Assembly: GCA_032718475.1 (NCBI GenBank)
Contig: JAUCBJ010006752.1
Span: 37,179 to 101,178, forward strand
DNA length: 64,000 bases
Reading direction: 5' to 3'
From: Nemertoderma westbladi
Taxonomy: Eukaryota; Animalia; Xenacoelomorpha
Shown here: piece by piece, positions 1 to 13,029 of the stretch
Layout of the letters: every line of letters begins with the position of its first letter
Numbering within the stretch: position 1 is the stretch's first letter
Notes under the pieces: generated by a model
The model's database searches: none
What the model was told of the DNA's origin: nothing
The model's input: only the letters and a program-made list of their open reading frames with translations
Translations under genes and position numbers: made by a program

Positions 1-1618
1 AGCTGACTGGTTAACTAGTCCGGGACTTCGAGCAGCACGTGAACAACTAAGCTCACTGGTTAACTAAACTTGGGCTTCGAGCAGTACGAGACCATTTGAA
101 TTTGAATTGATATATTTTTGGCGGTTAATGCTAATTACAGAATTATGTACATGGGTACGTACTAAAAGGTCAATGAGCAAGAGCAGTAGACTTCATACTG
201 TAAACTTTGTTCGCGCTTTTAGACCTTTTAGCAGTTTAACCTGCCAATTTTAGTTGTCTTCTTGTTTATAAATCGACTTTAGCCTAGACTAATTATTTAA
301 TGTACTGAAGTTACATCTGCCGAAGCCAGTCTGTGCGCGATCATTCACCCACTGTTAAGGGAGACTGGATTCGGGTGCTTTGACGTTATTGCGGTGTAGA
401 CCTACTGTATTATTCGATTGATCGTTACTATATAATCTCTGACAAATATATTTACTTTCGGGGAAATATTAACAGTTCCTTTAGGACGTGGCGCTTTAAG
501 TATAAAAACAGAGTTATGACTTATACTAATCACAACTAGATGGCTACTGAGTTTCGTAAATAGCGCATTCTTTAGGAGATGCTTTATTATCTGTCACACT
601 ACTTCACACTATACTTCACACTACTGCACACTGATCTGCCGACCGTCACTGAATTTGATCATATATAAAGAAGATCGCAACTGACACTTGTAGGGATTAT
701 GAAATAGCATTTAATTCACACAAAAACCACTATAATTTAAGTCGCAGTTGCTACCGGTAAACTGTCCTCTTACCTTCAGTAATCAATAAGATTGGGGGTT
801 TTATGATTATTTATCGGTATTCTCCAAATATAACAACATATCCAACAATATACAACAATTAATAACAGACAGTAAACAGAAGTAAAATAATGCGGTGAAA
901 GTAATGTTCCCGTAATGCATTGGTAGTTGAGTCAGGTTTGATATGCAGTTTGCAGCCAGTTCAGTGATTCGGATAATAGATTTACGTTCCGTAATCAAAG
1001 CCATCAGATCTTTAGGCAAAGTCTGAAACTTCCACAACAGAAGTAACAGAAGATTTCCAAGCAGTTCTCTCGCTCAGAAAGGTAAAACAAAGACCGTAAT
1101 GCATTGCGCGGTTTTACATAGGCCCTTGTCCAACATAAAATGAAAATCGCTCTGATTGGTTGAGCAGAACAAAGAGAGGTTCCACGTTTACAGTAAATCA
1201 GCTGACAGATTTCGTCATCTGAGTTCCAGCCGTTTAGAGGATTAGGCGCATTGCGGAAATATATGACTTGTTATGTCCGCTAAAGCACCTACACGGTATA
1301 TTGCGGAGAAAAATGACTTGTTATGTACGCAAAAGCTTTTACAAACTTCTTACTGTAGTGTAGTAGCTACTGCTACTGCATGTGCAGTAGGCCTACAGAC
1401 ATATTATCTTATTTAGGTCTACTAAGAAATATTGCGTAGTGTAATTTCATAAGAAATATATACAGCTGTACAGCAGGGAATTGATAGTAAAATATATCGC
1501 AGGTAGGCGGCCTACTGTAATAACAATAGGTGTATAATGCCTCTGCCTATACTGCTGTATTTGTCTATGACATATAATATGATAAAATATTATTATGAAT
1601 GAACATTATTATTCTTAG

Positions 1619-1794
1619 TAATTCGTCACAAAATACAATGCGCTACTAACTCAGAAACTGTAATCCTAAATGCGGAACTTAAACCGAAACAGGGAATAGT
1701 ACAATGTGGACTTTGTAGTGACACATTTGACAGTCAGTGCGATATAATTTCTCATGTACAAGCAAATCACGGTATTGCATGTTCAGTACAAACG
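1619..1794 (+). other. Isolated exon-like segment encoding a C2H2 finger (possible transposon relic)
   Basis: TCTTAG acceptor, GTAATT donor, open frame with QCGLCSDTFDSQCDIISHVQANHG; no partner exons found. Confidence 0.4.
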
Positions 1795-2877
1795 GTAATT
1801 CGGTTATTCAACAATTAACAAACGGTTATTCAACGTCCATTTTTAGTTATTAGCATGACGGTAATACAAATTACGCAAAGTGAACCTTTACTACATTCAC
1901 AATTTTCTATTCATTCATACTAACTATAACGAAAATTGAACGTGCATTTAATCCATGGTACGTTCAATTAACTATATTTGCTACCTGTGTTACTCTATTC
2001 ATATATTCAATGTTAAAGCAGATTTGAATTTACCGCCAAAATATAGGTGGCAGATCTGATCTGCCACCCTTTCCAGTACAAATTGCATGTCTTTCAATCA
2101 TTTGAATTTCCCGCGCTATGGAGCAGGGTGGCACCTTTTAGGGACTTGTGCACATCCACTAAACTGCTAAATAATTTTCCTACAAAAAATAATTATTCTC
2201 CACTATTTATAATTGGATTTCAACTAAAATATTTATGTTTAACAATTTTTAATTTTGTATCCACCAAATATAGTCATTTTATTCACTTTCCACTAATTTT
2301 AATATTTTTTCACTAAAAATAATCACCTTCCTTTTCGCATTAGATCCGACTTCAGCTTTAAATGCTGGTAACGTGTGTCCGTGTGTCCCTTAGATATAAT
2401 AGCATCACCTACATGCTACATTATAACTATTTAAGTCTGCAGTAAATTTTATTAGTTTTCTTAAATTTGACCGTTTTATGTACCTACATTTTTTTAAATA
2501 TTATGATAAAGTATTTTATTCCAAAATAAAAATTTGTAACATTACTCAACGCTGTTAGTATTAAACTGTTAAAGGCGAGTTGTTATTTAGCACTTTATAA
2601 CTTTGGAGGACATTACATACATACTTGTTGCAAAGTACTTTACAGTGTTCTTATCCTCGTGGCTTTATTTTCACTCACTCACTAACGTTCGTTCGTGTAT
2701 CAAAGCCACTCGCATTTTGTAGCAATTATATTTATATTATAACTAATTTTCTAGCAAAAATAAACTGTAACATGTTCTATTGACTTTCGTTAATGTTCTG
2801 GTTAGAACAACGCAGTCACTGTAACCTTCTCCTTTCCCTGAAAATCTCAGAACCTAACGCTTCTATAAAGGACCAAC

Positions 2878-3192
2878 AGTACTGCTGTATTGAGGACTGC
2901 AGTGACTGATGTATTGTACTGCTGTGCCCTGTGCAGTCCGAGTCGTTAACGTTATAGATCACCTCTGCCGGTAGGCGGAATCCCAACTGACAACTGCAGA
3001 ACTACGGCTGTACGGTTCTCGTAGCAGTTTGGTCCCAAACATGGACTTAAAACATTCTGTAGTTGTCAGTTGAGTTGGGAATACCGCCTACCGGTGCGGT
3101 AGAAGTGAGCTACCTACTGCTGGGATGTATAACGTTAACGACAGCACAGCAGTACAATACATCAGTTACTGCAGTCCCCTATACAGCAGTTG
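2878..3192. mobile_element. Palindromic MITE
   Basis: gactgcagtgactgatgtattgtactgctgtgc / gcacagcagtacaatacatcagttactgcagtc and inner inverted blocks. Confidence 0.75.
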
Positions 3193-3293
3193 TGCTGAGC
3201 TGCTTCCCGCAAATTTAAATATGAAAAAAAGAGATGTAAAAATTCTTTAAATATCAAAAATTAATAATTTTCACCCCTCTTTCTATTTTCGAT

Positions 3294-4376
3294 TCAGATT
3301 GGGTTCAGACTTGGTATAATTCTCGACATTGGGGGTCCAGATTGTGTTCAGATTTGGTATAATTCTCGACATTGGGGGTCCAGCTTGGGTCCAGATTTGG
3401 TATAATTCTCTGACATTGGGGGTCCAGATTGGGTTCAGATTTGGTATAATTCTCTGACATTGGGAGTCCAGATTGGGTCCAGATTTGGTATAATTCTTGA
3501 CATTGGGGGTCCAGATTGGGTTCAGATTTGGTATAATTCTCGACATTGGGGGTCCAGATTTGGTATAATTCTCGACATTGGGGGTCCAGATTTGGTATAA
3601 TTCTCGACATTGGGAGTCCAGATTGGGTTCAGATTTGGTATAATTCTCGACATTGGGAGTCCAGATTGGGTTCAGATTTGGTATAATTATCGACATTGGG
3701 GGTCCAGATTGGGTCCAGATTTGGTATAATTCTCGACATTGGGGGTCCAGATTTGGTATAATTCTCGACATTGGGGGTCCAGATTTGGTATAATTCTCGA
3801 CATTGGGAGTCCAGATTGGGTTCAGATTTGGTATAATTATCGACATTGGGGGTCCAGATTTGGTATAATTCTCGACATTGGGGGTCCAGATTTGGTATAA
3901 TTCTCGACATTGGGAGTCCAGATTGGGTTCAGATTTGGTATAATTCTCGACATTGGGAGTCCAGATTGGGTTCAGATTTGGTATAATTCTCGACATTGGG
4001 AGTCCAGATTGGGTTCAGATTTGGTATAATTATCGACATTGGGGGTCCAGATTGGGTCCAGATTTGGTATAATTCTCGACATTGGGGGTCCAGATTTGGT
4101 ATAATTCTCGACATTGGGAGTCCAGATTGGGTTCAGATTTGGTATAATTCTCGACATTGGGGGTCCAGATTGGGTTCAGATTTGGTATAATTCTCGACAT
4201 TGGGGGTCCAGCTTTGGCATAATTCTCGACATTGGGGGTTCAGATTTGGTATAATTCTCGACATTGGGGGTTCAGATTGGGTTCAGATTTGGTATAATTC
4301 TCGACATTGCATTGGGGGTCCAGATTGGGTTCAGATTTGGTATAATTCTCGACATTGGGGGTCCAGATTGGGTTCT
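3294..4376. repeat. Minisatellite with mixed 32/43-bp units
   Basis: cagatttggtataattctcgacattgggggtc with an optional 11-bp cagattgggtt. Confidence 0.95.
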
Positions 4377-5556
4377 TATTACCCGACAAAATCAAACAGA
4401 CAAGGAAAGGTAGTAGGCCTACGGGGCTAACTATTTTTAGTGATAAATCATTATTTATTGTGGATTTGCAATGTTTATATTTTTAGTTAATTATTTAGTG
4501 AAGAATGATTATTTTTATTAATTTTAGTGAGTCGAAAAATAGATGGGATTAAGTAAATAATAAGTATGCTTTGCTTTCTATACCAGAGTTTATGTTTACG
4601 TCATGAGAACATCTACTATCAGCTACAGAAAATTACAGAAATTGTTTCTTGCTATATTATTTCACTAAATATGGTATGTTTTCAACTTTAAACAATCTAA
4701 TTTCTACAAAGTTTCAATTTCAAGTTCCAAATCCCGCCCGTGAACGACTGCGATAAAACCGCAATTAATTTGATATTTTTTAATTTAATTTCTGAAATTT
4801 TTGGTTATTACTTTTTAATTTATTATTTTTATTATATTTCTTTTATTATATTTTTATGGATTTATTTATTCTTTTATGTAATTTTTTAAAATATATTTTT
4901 TGAATTTTTTTTATTTAAGTTAAGTTACGTTAATTTAATTTTTATTTGTTTTTTTAATTTAACTATGTTATTTTTGTGTGATGCTCATCACACTGGCCAC
5001 CCTACTATTGTATAGTAGGCCCTAAACACACGCGTGATTGGATAATCGGTGCTGATTCTGAAACTATCACAAACTAACAGCTTAGCCTACTAAGCATAAG
5101 TAATTATTTGTGGGTCCCGCATTCCAACACACGTACATAACTTTGTACCGGTAGTTGGACGTAAAGGTCAAGCTGACGATTTTAGGGGGAATTATTTATT
5201 AATTGGAGACCTACAAATTTAATAGATTAAGGGGGGGGGGGGGGGGTAGCCCCTTACGGTTATTTCTTCTTCCTTTGTACGTACATGTCTCCAATGTGAT
5301 TGAAAAATGTATATAAAACAACATACCATGGAAAAGAGAACAATCAAAAGTACTAAAAAATTTGAAAAAACTTTATTGGCGCCCCCTAGTGGCCTACGTG
5401 AGATTTTGAAAATTTAACTAAAAAGACTAATCCTCCGTTATTTTACATTTTTATTTTACGATACCATTTTTTTGGAACAAAGCATGTTCATTTTCATATT
5501 TTTCACGCACTTTTTGTATTTCTGTTTTAGATTTCTGATAATTGGCAATTTTAAAA

Positions 5557-5785
5557 GGCGGGGTAGCTCAGTTGGTTGAGCGCCGGGCCTGCAATCTATT
5601 GGTTGTAGGTTCAGCCCCGCCAGGGTCCACTCAGCCTTTCATCCACTGGGGTCGATAAAATGAGTACCAGTTAAATTACTGGGAGCAAATCGTGGGATAG
5701 GAGTAGCGCCCACCCCTACCCTCGGGTAGCAGCTATCGAAAGAGGAGCCTTCGGGTCGCCTCCGGCCGACTGTTTGCTTTTTTTT
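5557..5785 (+). mobile_element. tRNA-derived SINE with conserved central domain
   Basis: A box TAGCTCAGTTGG, B-box-like GGTTCAGCCCC, then ccactcagcctttcatcc..gggtcgataaaatgagtacca, which I recall as a widespread invertebrate SINE core (Deu/Nin-like). Confidence 0.75.
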
Positions 5786-6517
5786 ATGCTTGTAAAGAAA
5801 AAATTCAATTATTTTTAAAAACTAAAAAACCCATATTTTTGTAATTTTTTATTCAAAAATTGAGAAAATATTATTAAATTAAGAAAAGTGCGTGGAATAT
5901 ATTAAAATAAAATAAAAAACTACCAGTTAGCATGGGGTCTGGTTGGTTAAAGTGTCTGACATGAAGGAAGCACACCACCGTGCTAAAATTATATTTATTG
6001 GGGTGTTCGGGGTCGCTGGTTTCATTTCCGATGTTAGTCTTAAAATTTGGCGGAATGTAGTCTGTCGGTTGTCTGCAGTCTGTCTGTCTTACATTTTGAC
6101 AGACAGGTATTCCACGATATCGCGAGAACTAAAAGAGATAAAAGCCGTTCTCAGCTGATTTGAAATACCCTTTAAATTTTGCTCTGATGTGGAAATAGTT
6201 GCAATGAAAAACAAACTTCTGAAAATTTATTTTAATAGTCATGACGTTGAGTATTTTGCAGCCATTTTAGTGACCTTTGATTACGTGTTCCTGATTACAA
6301 CCCAGACGAATACCGCAATCCATATTAATATAAATTTACAAATAATTAAAAAAACCATAAATTCCTTTAATAAAGTTGAGTAGCACTCTACTTTACTATA
6401 TTTACTCTTCCCAATACATTCATTAACATTTTCAATTGTTCGGTTAATTGCAAAAGTAAGTAATATTAATTTAATCTATATTGCTAGAATGATAGTTCAT
6501 ATTATACCGAAATGATT

Positions 6518-6805
6518 TCATTCGATTGCCTCCATAGCGATATCATTAAGTGGAGTTTCATTATCTAAAGAGGTAGCAATGCTACCAGTTAAATCATCCT
6601 GAGAGTCGTTCAGCTGTTCTACCGTAATATCTGTTTGTGGAATTGACTCCTCTTTACAGACGACGACGGCAGACCCTTCAGGGGTTCCATCGCGACCCGT
6701 TTCCTCCACACCATTCGAGGTATCCTGGATACGGCTCGGCGGTGGCAGCATCTTTCCTGTTCTACTCAGTAACGTTTTGGCGTCGACATCTAAATCACTT
6801 GAAGT
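6518..6805 (-). CDS. PHF14: PHF14 terminal exon 15 (acidic tail)
   Basis: TTTTAG acceptor at 6806, phase 0, open to TGA at 6518; summed exons give 2727 nt, a multiple of 3. Confidence 0.7.
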   Translation of the reverse strand, partial: TSSDLDVDAKTLLSRTGKMLPPPSRIQDTSNGVEETGRDGTPEGSAVVVCKEESIPQTDITVEQLNDSQDDLTGSIATSLDNETPLNDIAMEAIE

Positions 6806-6807
6806 CT

Positions 6808-7688
6808 AAAATAACCAAACCAGGCGTAGTCAGTTAACAAAATAACCAAACCAGGCGTAGTCAGTTAACAAAATAACCAAACCAGGCGTAGTCAGTTAAC
6901 AAAATAACCAAACCAGGCGTAGTCAGTTAACAAAATAACCAAACCAGGCGTAGTCAGTTAACAAAATAACCAAACCAGGCGTCGTCAGTTAACAAAATAA
7001 CCAAACCAGGCGTAGTCAGTTAACAAAATAACCAAACCAGGCGTAGTCAGTTAACAAAATAACCAAACCAGGCGTAGTCAGTTAACAAAATAACCAAACC
7101 AGGCGTAGTCAGTTAACAAAATAACCAAACCAGGCGTAGTCAGTTAACAAAATAACCAAACCAGGCGTAGTCAGTTAACGAAATAACCAAACCAGGCGTA
7201 GTCAGTTAACAAAATAACCAATGCGTAGTCAGTCAACAAAATAACCAAACCAGGCGTAGTCAGTTAACAAAATAACCAAACCAGGCGTAGTCAGTTAACA
7301 AAATAACCAAACCAGGCGTCGTCAGTTAACAAAATAACCAAACCAGGCGTAGTCAGTTAACAAAATAACCAAACCAGGCGTAGTCAGTTAACAAAATAAC
7401 CAAACCAGGCGTAGTCAGTCAACAAAATAACCAAACCAGGCGTAGTCAGTTAACAAAATAACCAAACCAGGCGTAGTCAGTTAACAAAATAACCAAACCA
7501 GGCGTAGTCAGTTAACAAAATAACCAAACCAGGCGTAGTCAGTTAACAAAATAACCAAACCAGGCGTAGTCAGTTAACAAAATAACCAAACCAGGCGTAT
7601 AGTCAGTTAACAAAATAACCAAACCAGACGTAGTCAGTTAACAAAATAACCAAACCAGGCGTAGTCAGTTAACAAAATAACCAAACCA
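6808..7688 (-). repeat. 31-bp tandem array (~28 units) abutting the exon 15 acceptor
   Basis: Unit GTTAACTGACTACGCCTGGTTTGGTTATTTT; only the last copy is followed by AG. Confidence 0.95.
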
Positions 7689-7852
7689 CTGGGTATTAAA
7701 TATGAAAATAACCTAACAACAATTTATGTTTCTCAGAGTGAAATACATAAAGTGTAAACCACGAAATTTCCAGTTCATGTGACTAAGTTTTTATACTTAA
7801 CATGACTTGACTGACTTGAGTAACAATATCTTATTACTTTTGTCATTTTAGA

Positions 7853-8385
7853 TGTGGGGCGAGCCACGAAGTTGGCGGAGCCTTAGCGAATTGACACTGT
7901 TAGGGGGTGGGTCAATTTATGCAAATAGTTGTCGTCGTCGTCGTTGTCGTCGTCGTCGTCGTTGTCGTCGTCGTCGTCGTTGTCGTCGTCGTCGTCGTTA
8001 CGATTTTGACATGCTAATAACTTTGTCGGATTTAAAGCTGCCAAGTTGAAAATTTGTAGGTATCAATATGAGCAAAAGTTGAGATTTTTGAGAGACTTTC
8101 AGACACCATCAGTGCAATGGTCTCCCGCTAGAGGGCCACATGTCTAAACATTAAATGCCCTCCCATTTCTTTGCTTTTAATCCGTTTAAGCTGAAACTTG
8201 GCAGATATGTATTAGACCATTAGCTGTGACTTTCAAAGGAGGCGAATCCATCTGCAGTTCTCCAGTCTGCCGCTAGAGGGCCAACGTGACTATTTGCATA
8301 AATTGACCTACCCCCTAACAGTGTCAATTCGCTAAGGCTCTGCCAACTTCGTGCTGCGCGAAGTCCCCACTTCGTGTTTACCTTA
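7853..8385. mobile_element. Non-autonomous element with subterminal inverted repeats and (GTC)n; HINE/DINE-1-like
   Basis: ~60-bp inverted repeat 7870-7929 / 8289-8353, microsatellite, and ccgctagagggcca motif shared with 18850-19160. Confidence 0.55.
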
Positions 8386-8445
8386 CGTAATGATCAAAAT
8401 TTATACATTTAATCGGAAGTAAATATTGAACTTTTCTATACTCAC

Positions 8446-8637
8446 ACTAGCCACACAATCGTGACAAAACCAGGCCCAACCCCTGATCTTGGGGTTTCCC
8501 TTTAGGGGAGGTATCGTGCAATGCTTGTGGTAAGATAGTTGACAACCATCGCAGGTAACGAGGACCTTGGTGGACCCAACCTCCTTGCATCGATCGCATG
8601 TTACTTCTTGAGGTGTCGGTTTCATCTTCTTCGCACC
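8446..8637 (-). CDS. PHF14: PHF14 exon 14 (fourth PHD finger)
   Basis: CDRCKEVGSTKVLVTCDGCQLSYHKHCTIPPLKGNPKIRGWAWFCHDC; GTGCAG acceptor, GTGAGT donor. Confidence 0.9.
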
Positions 8638-8974
8638 CTGCACCACAAGATGAAACAAAATCAATATCAGCTCAATGCTCGCATGGTGTTATAAAAAGTT
8701 CACACTTTCTCATTTATGACCCATTGAATTTACCTGGTAAATTAATATCCCTAAAAACGTAATGAAAATTAATTAATATCTTGTTAATTACATCGATTTA
8801 TTTAATGTTTAAAATTAATTATTTTGGCTACTTGACACGTTCAGCTCTAATATACTTAGAGGTTAAATAAATACTCCATCCATAATGTTCATATGTTATA
8901 TGTTCGTATGTATGTTACATATGTTACATATTCATATGTTCGTATGTTATGTTACTATTATGATAAATGCCTGA

Positions 8975-9480
8975 GCAACTTCCAGTACCTTGGATCATGG
9001 ATAGAGAGTAGCAAAAAGGACATACAGTAGAAGTTAGGAAAGCAAAGGCTTGGGTAGCTCTATCAAAAATGGATACCATCTGGAAATCAGATCTCTCCAG
9101 GCACCTGAAGACTAAGTTCTTTCGAGCCACAGTGGAAAGTGTATTTTTATACGGGGGTGAGACCTGGACACTGACTAAATCACTTGAACAACGAATTGAT
9201 GGTTGCTAGTTGCTACACAAGACTACTAAGGGCAGCCCTAAACATCAGCTGGAGACAACATATGACAAACGCCGAGCTTTATGGTACAATACCACCTGTA
9301 TCAACCACCCTCCGTGAACGCAGATTAAGATTAAGTGGGCACTGCTGGCGAAGTAAAGACGAGGTCATACCAGATCTACTTCTCTGGCAACCAACTCATG
9401 GAAAGCGTAGTCGTGGACGACCGGCCATAACATATATAGATCAACTTGAAAGGGATACTGAACTTAGGAGAAACGAAATA
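8975..9480 (+). mobile_element. RTE-clade LINE 3' fragment
   Basis: YLGSWI, YGGETWTLT, RLRLSGHCWR, GKRSRGRP motifs with frameshift. Confidence 0.85.
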
Positions 9481-10960
9481 TTATAAAAGAAACGTAAAAA
9501 CGATATATTTAAGGAAATGGTTCCGTCAATAATTATATTATCAACATAAAATATTATATCGGCCAAGTATGTATGCTTAACTGCCTCTGCAACGTAACAT
9601 CTCATCAGTTCCAGATTCAGTATTATCAGGACCAGTGACTTTAGCTGACGTTCAGGATTGCTCGTGGCCGAACAACAAATTGGCTCTCGCCAATTATTGT
9701 CTGAGAACAAAATAAAAAAAAAAGACAAAACATTGTTAAAATAGCCAAATAATCACGAAATGGAGGTTTTATTTGCCTATAATCGCCCTGCTGCAATGCA
9801 GCTGCACATTTTATTGCTATCCTGGCTTGACAAAAATATGCTTGCCACCCCCTATGGTGACTCACCTCCAGTTTTTGGAAATGTAACTACTCTGTACTGA
9901 TCTGTGATCGTGAATGGTCTTGACATTAACCAATAAAACTTGTAGACATAATTTTTAAATCTTGATCAGAAGTCTAATAATATATAATATATATATATAT
10001 ATATAATAATAATTAACTAAAAAATAAAAAGTATTTTTTTGGGGCCATATTTTTTTTAATTATCGGCCCAAAATATAACTTACACTCAAAATGTTAAAAA
10101 TAGTAAAAAATAATTTTTTTTGGTCTATGTCAATACCACTGACTGATAATTTCAAACGAATTGATTAAAAAATCACGGAGTAGTTCCATTTTAAGTGAGC
10201 AAAAAACGAGAATAATAATTTCGAGTAACATGCGTTTAAAGTTTGAATTGAACCTTCCCGAGTAAAATCCTTTGTCTGTATGGGACTTTTTAAGGAAGCA
10301 GACAGCTGGAATTTTCGGTATATATAGGGGTTTATTTGTGTTCATTGGGCAAAATCTAGTCCACCTGTCTGGCTGTCTGTCGTAATGTCTGTCAGCCTGT
10401 TGGATTGTCCGTGTCCGTCAAAATATGATAAAACATATCCGATGTCAGTTTTGATTTTTTGGCGAGTCTTGTCTGTCTGCCTATCCGTCTGGCCGTCTGT
10501 TGGTCTGTTTTCTGTCTCTTTGAATGCCCCGCAAGTTAGAAAAACACACGCTCTAGCTAAAATTTTCATTATGGGGGTTTTCGGAGTCGCTGATTTCATT
10601 TACGATGTCAGTTTTGATGTTTGACAAAATCTAGTCTGTCTGATATGTCGTCATGTTATCAGATTTGATCGGGAAAATAATGTTCATTTTATTTTTATGC
10701 AAAATTGCCATAGTAAAATCGCCACATATCTCCACAACTAAACATGTTGAAGTCAAAGCTTACATATTCGGATTCGCCATTAAGTTCTGCACAAAAATAG
10801 ACCAAAATAAGTTCTTTGAATTTTATTAACCTTAAGGCCAGTGTCATTTAGCGCAAGATTGTGCACAGGCTGGTCCTTACTGCGAAAGCAATATAACCTG
10901 CCAGTAGCTTCTACGGAAATAATTACATTTCTAAATTTAATTTCTCGGTTTAAAACTTAC

Positions 10961-11116
10961 CCGCTTATTCTCATCGCGACATCCTTGGCAGATAGATTTC
11001 CCCTTGTGATCGGAATACCATGAACTCGACTCAGTAGTTTCGCATTGCGAGCATTGAGATGTTTCGGTTTCAGATAAAGCATCGCTACCGAAATCACTGG
11101 CGTCGTCAGCCGATCG
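10961..11116 (-). CDS. PHF14: PHF14 exon 13 (GATA-spaced C-x2-C-x17-C-x2-C finger)
   Basis: TTATAG acceptor, GTAAGT donor, 156 nt, phase 0-0; CSQCETTESSSWYSDHKGKSICQGC. Confidence 0.78.
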
Positions 11117-11303
11117 CTATAAATAAAACGTTAAACGTAAATAATAGGCCGAAATCAAGCCTTTTGTCTCGCCTTCGCACCAACTGGTCCCCAGAGGTTA
11201 TAGTACAAGATATCGCTCATACTGATAGTTCTAGGATGACAGTGGCCAGCAAATCAGCGTTGCGCTCGAGTTTGGTATATTACGTTCCGATGACGATATT
11301 TAC

Positions 11304-11441
11304 CTTAACTGCCTCAATTTGCGACTCCCGTTTATCGTACTCTAGTCCGTGGACTCCGCGTTGGTGTCGGTGGACTCCGCTGAGAGTGGCGAACTCTTTA
11401 CCACACAGTTCGCAGTTGGTTTTGGGTTGGTTCGCACGAAT
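11304..11441 (-). CDS. PHF14: PHF14 exon 12 (C2H2 zinc finger)
   Basis: ACTTAG acceptor, GTAAAT donor, 138 nt, phase 0-0; IRANQPKTNCELCGKEFATLSGVHRHQRGVHGLEYDKRESQIEAVK. Confidence 0.78.
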
Positions 11442-11694
11442 CTAAGTAAACATTAACGGTATTCGCCGCATAATATAAATATAAAATAGAAATGTAGTTA
11501 AATACAATGGAAACTGTTCTGTATGGTATAGTGATTTAATCTAGTGGACAGAAACAGCTATTGTCAATATCTTAATTGAGCTGACGACTGATAGTATACG
11601 TTTACGTGTAAGAGAAAAACCAATAACCAAATAACTATAACGTTTGAGTTGAATTTATTATGTTTGGCTTCCATATTTTTTTGTATTATTTTAC

Positions 11695-11844
11695 CTTTTT
11701 TCGCTTTGGTTTATCTGACTTCTCCTTTTTCTCGTTGTTTTTCGGCGACGCCGCTGTAAACTTCTCCGGTTCCTTTAGTAGCCGTTTGGTTCTTCTATGT
11801 CCGTCCTCAGTTACTTCAGAGGTTTCCACAATCATTGAATTCGT
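11695..11844 (-). CDS. PHF14: PHF14 exon 11 (basic linker, RRTKRLLKEPEKF)
   Basis: TTTCAG acceptor, GTAAAA donor, 150 nt, phase 0-0, K/R-rich. Confidence 0.8.
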
Positions 11845-12351
11845 CTGAAATAACGCCAGTCAAAAATAGTCAGCATGGTTTTAAGATACGACCCTGTTGC
11901 CAGGTTTTGATGGTGTACATCAGGAGGGACAAATCCAAGGTGTACTAAATAACAGATGTACCGAGCGGATTGCTGAAATTAGCGTGGGACGATCGCTTCC
12001 CTATTTATGACACTTTTTTCATAATATTTCCTTAGAAACTTCATATATACTACTTTTGTTACGTGGATATGATGACTAGGATTCATAGAAATGTAATTAA
12101 ATGTCTCTCTGGAATTTTTATCTTGTAGTTGCCAAGGTAACCGGGTGCAAAGTTCAAACTTTGCACGCCTGTATTTCAAGGCGATAATGGATTCTTTCTT
12201 TGAGATTTGGTAGGTGATTAAAGGAAATATTATGAAAATAGTGTCATAAATAGGAAAAGATCGGCCCTCGCAAATTTCAGCAATCCGCTCGCTGCATGAC
12301 CTGTTATTTAGTACACCTTGGACAAATCCCACCTAGTCACCAAGTCAGCAA

Positions 12352-13029
12352 CTACTAACCATTTCATTATCACTTCCGGTAGGAGCGCATTCGCAGCACT
12401 GCCACGCCCCACTAACCATTTCATTATCACTTCCGGTAGGAGCGCATTCGCAACACTGTCACGCCCCACTAACCATTTCATATCACTTCCGGTTGGAGCG
12501 CATTCGCAGCACTGCCACGCCCCACTAACCATTTCATAATCACTTCCGGTAGGAGCGCATTCAGAGCACTGCCACGCCCCCCTAACCATTTCATTATCAC
12601 TTCCGCTTGGAGCGCATTCGCAGCACTGCCACACCCCACTAACCATTTCATATCACTTCCGGTACGAGCGCATTCGCAGCACTGTCACGCCCCACTAACC
12701 ATTTATATCACTTCCGGTAGGAGCGCATTCAGAGCACTGCCACGCCCCCCTAACCATTTCATTATCACTTCCGCTTGGAGCGCATTCGCAGCACTGCCAC
12801 ACCCCACTAACCATTTCATATCACTTCCGGTACGAGCGCATTCGCAGCACTGTCACGCCCCACTAACCATTTCATATCACTTCCGGTAGGAGCGCATTCA
12901 GAGCACTGCCATGCCCTACTAACCATTTCATTATCACTTCCGGTAGGAGCGCTTCGCAGCACTGCCACACCCCACTAACCATTTCATTATCACTTCCGGT
13001 AGGAGCGCATTCGCAGCACTGCCACGCCC
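12352..13029 (-). repeat. 55-57-bp tandem array (~12 units) of the exon 10 end plus splice donor
   Basis: Unit GGCGTGGCAGTGCTGCGAATGCGCTCCTACCGGAAGTGATAATGAAATG|GTTAGTGG. Confidence 0.95.

Noticed and set aside
3283-4430. Several long repetitive ORFs and a CRISPR-like periodic look
   Set aside because: Pure tandem minisatellite with no unique spacers and no cas genes; ORFs are by-products of the repeat.
5557-5630. tRNA gene (Cys-like anticodon loop)
   Set aside because: Imperfect T arm and acceptor stem, and it continues into a SINE body; the same applies to the tRNA-like heads at 22653-22710, 32810-32875 and 60044-60115.
7852-8049. Arg/Cys-rich protamine-like ORF
   Set aside because: Translation of a (GTC)n microsatellite within a non-autonomous repeat.
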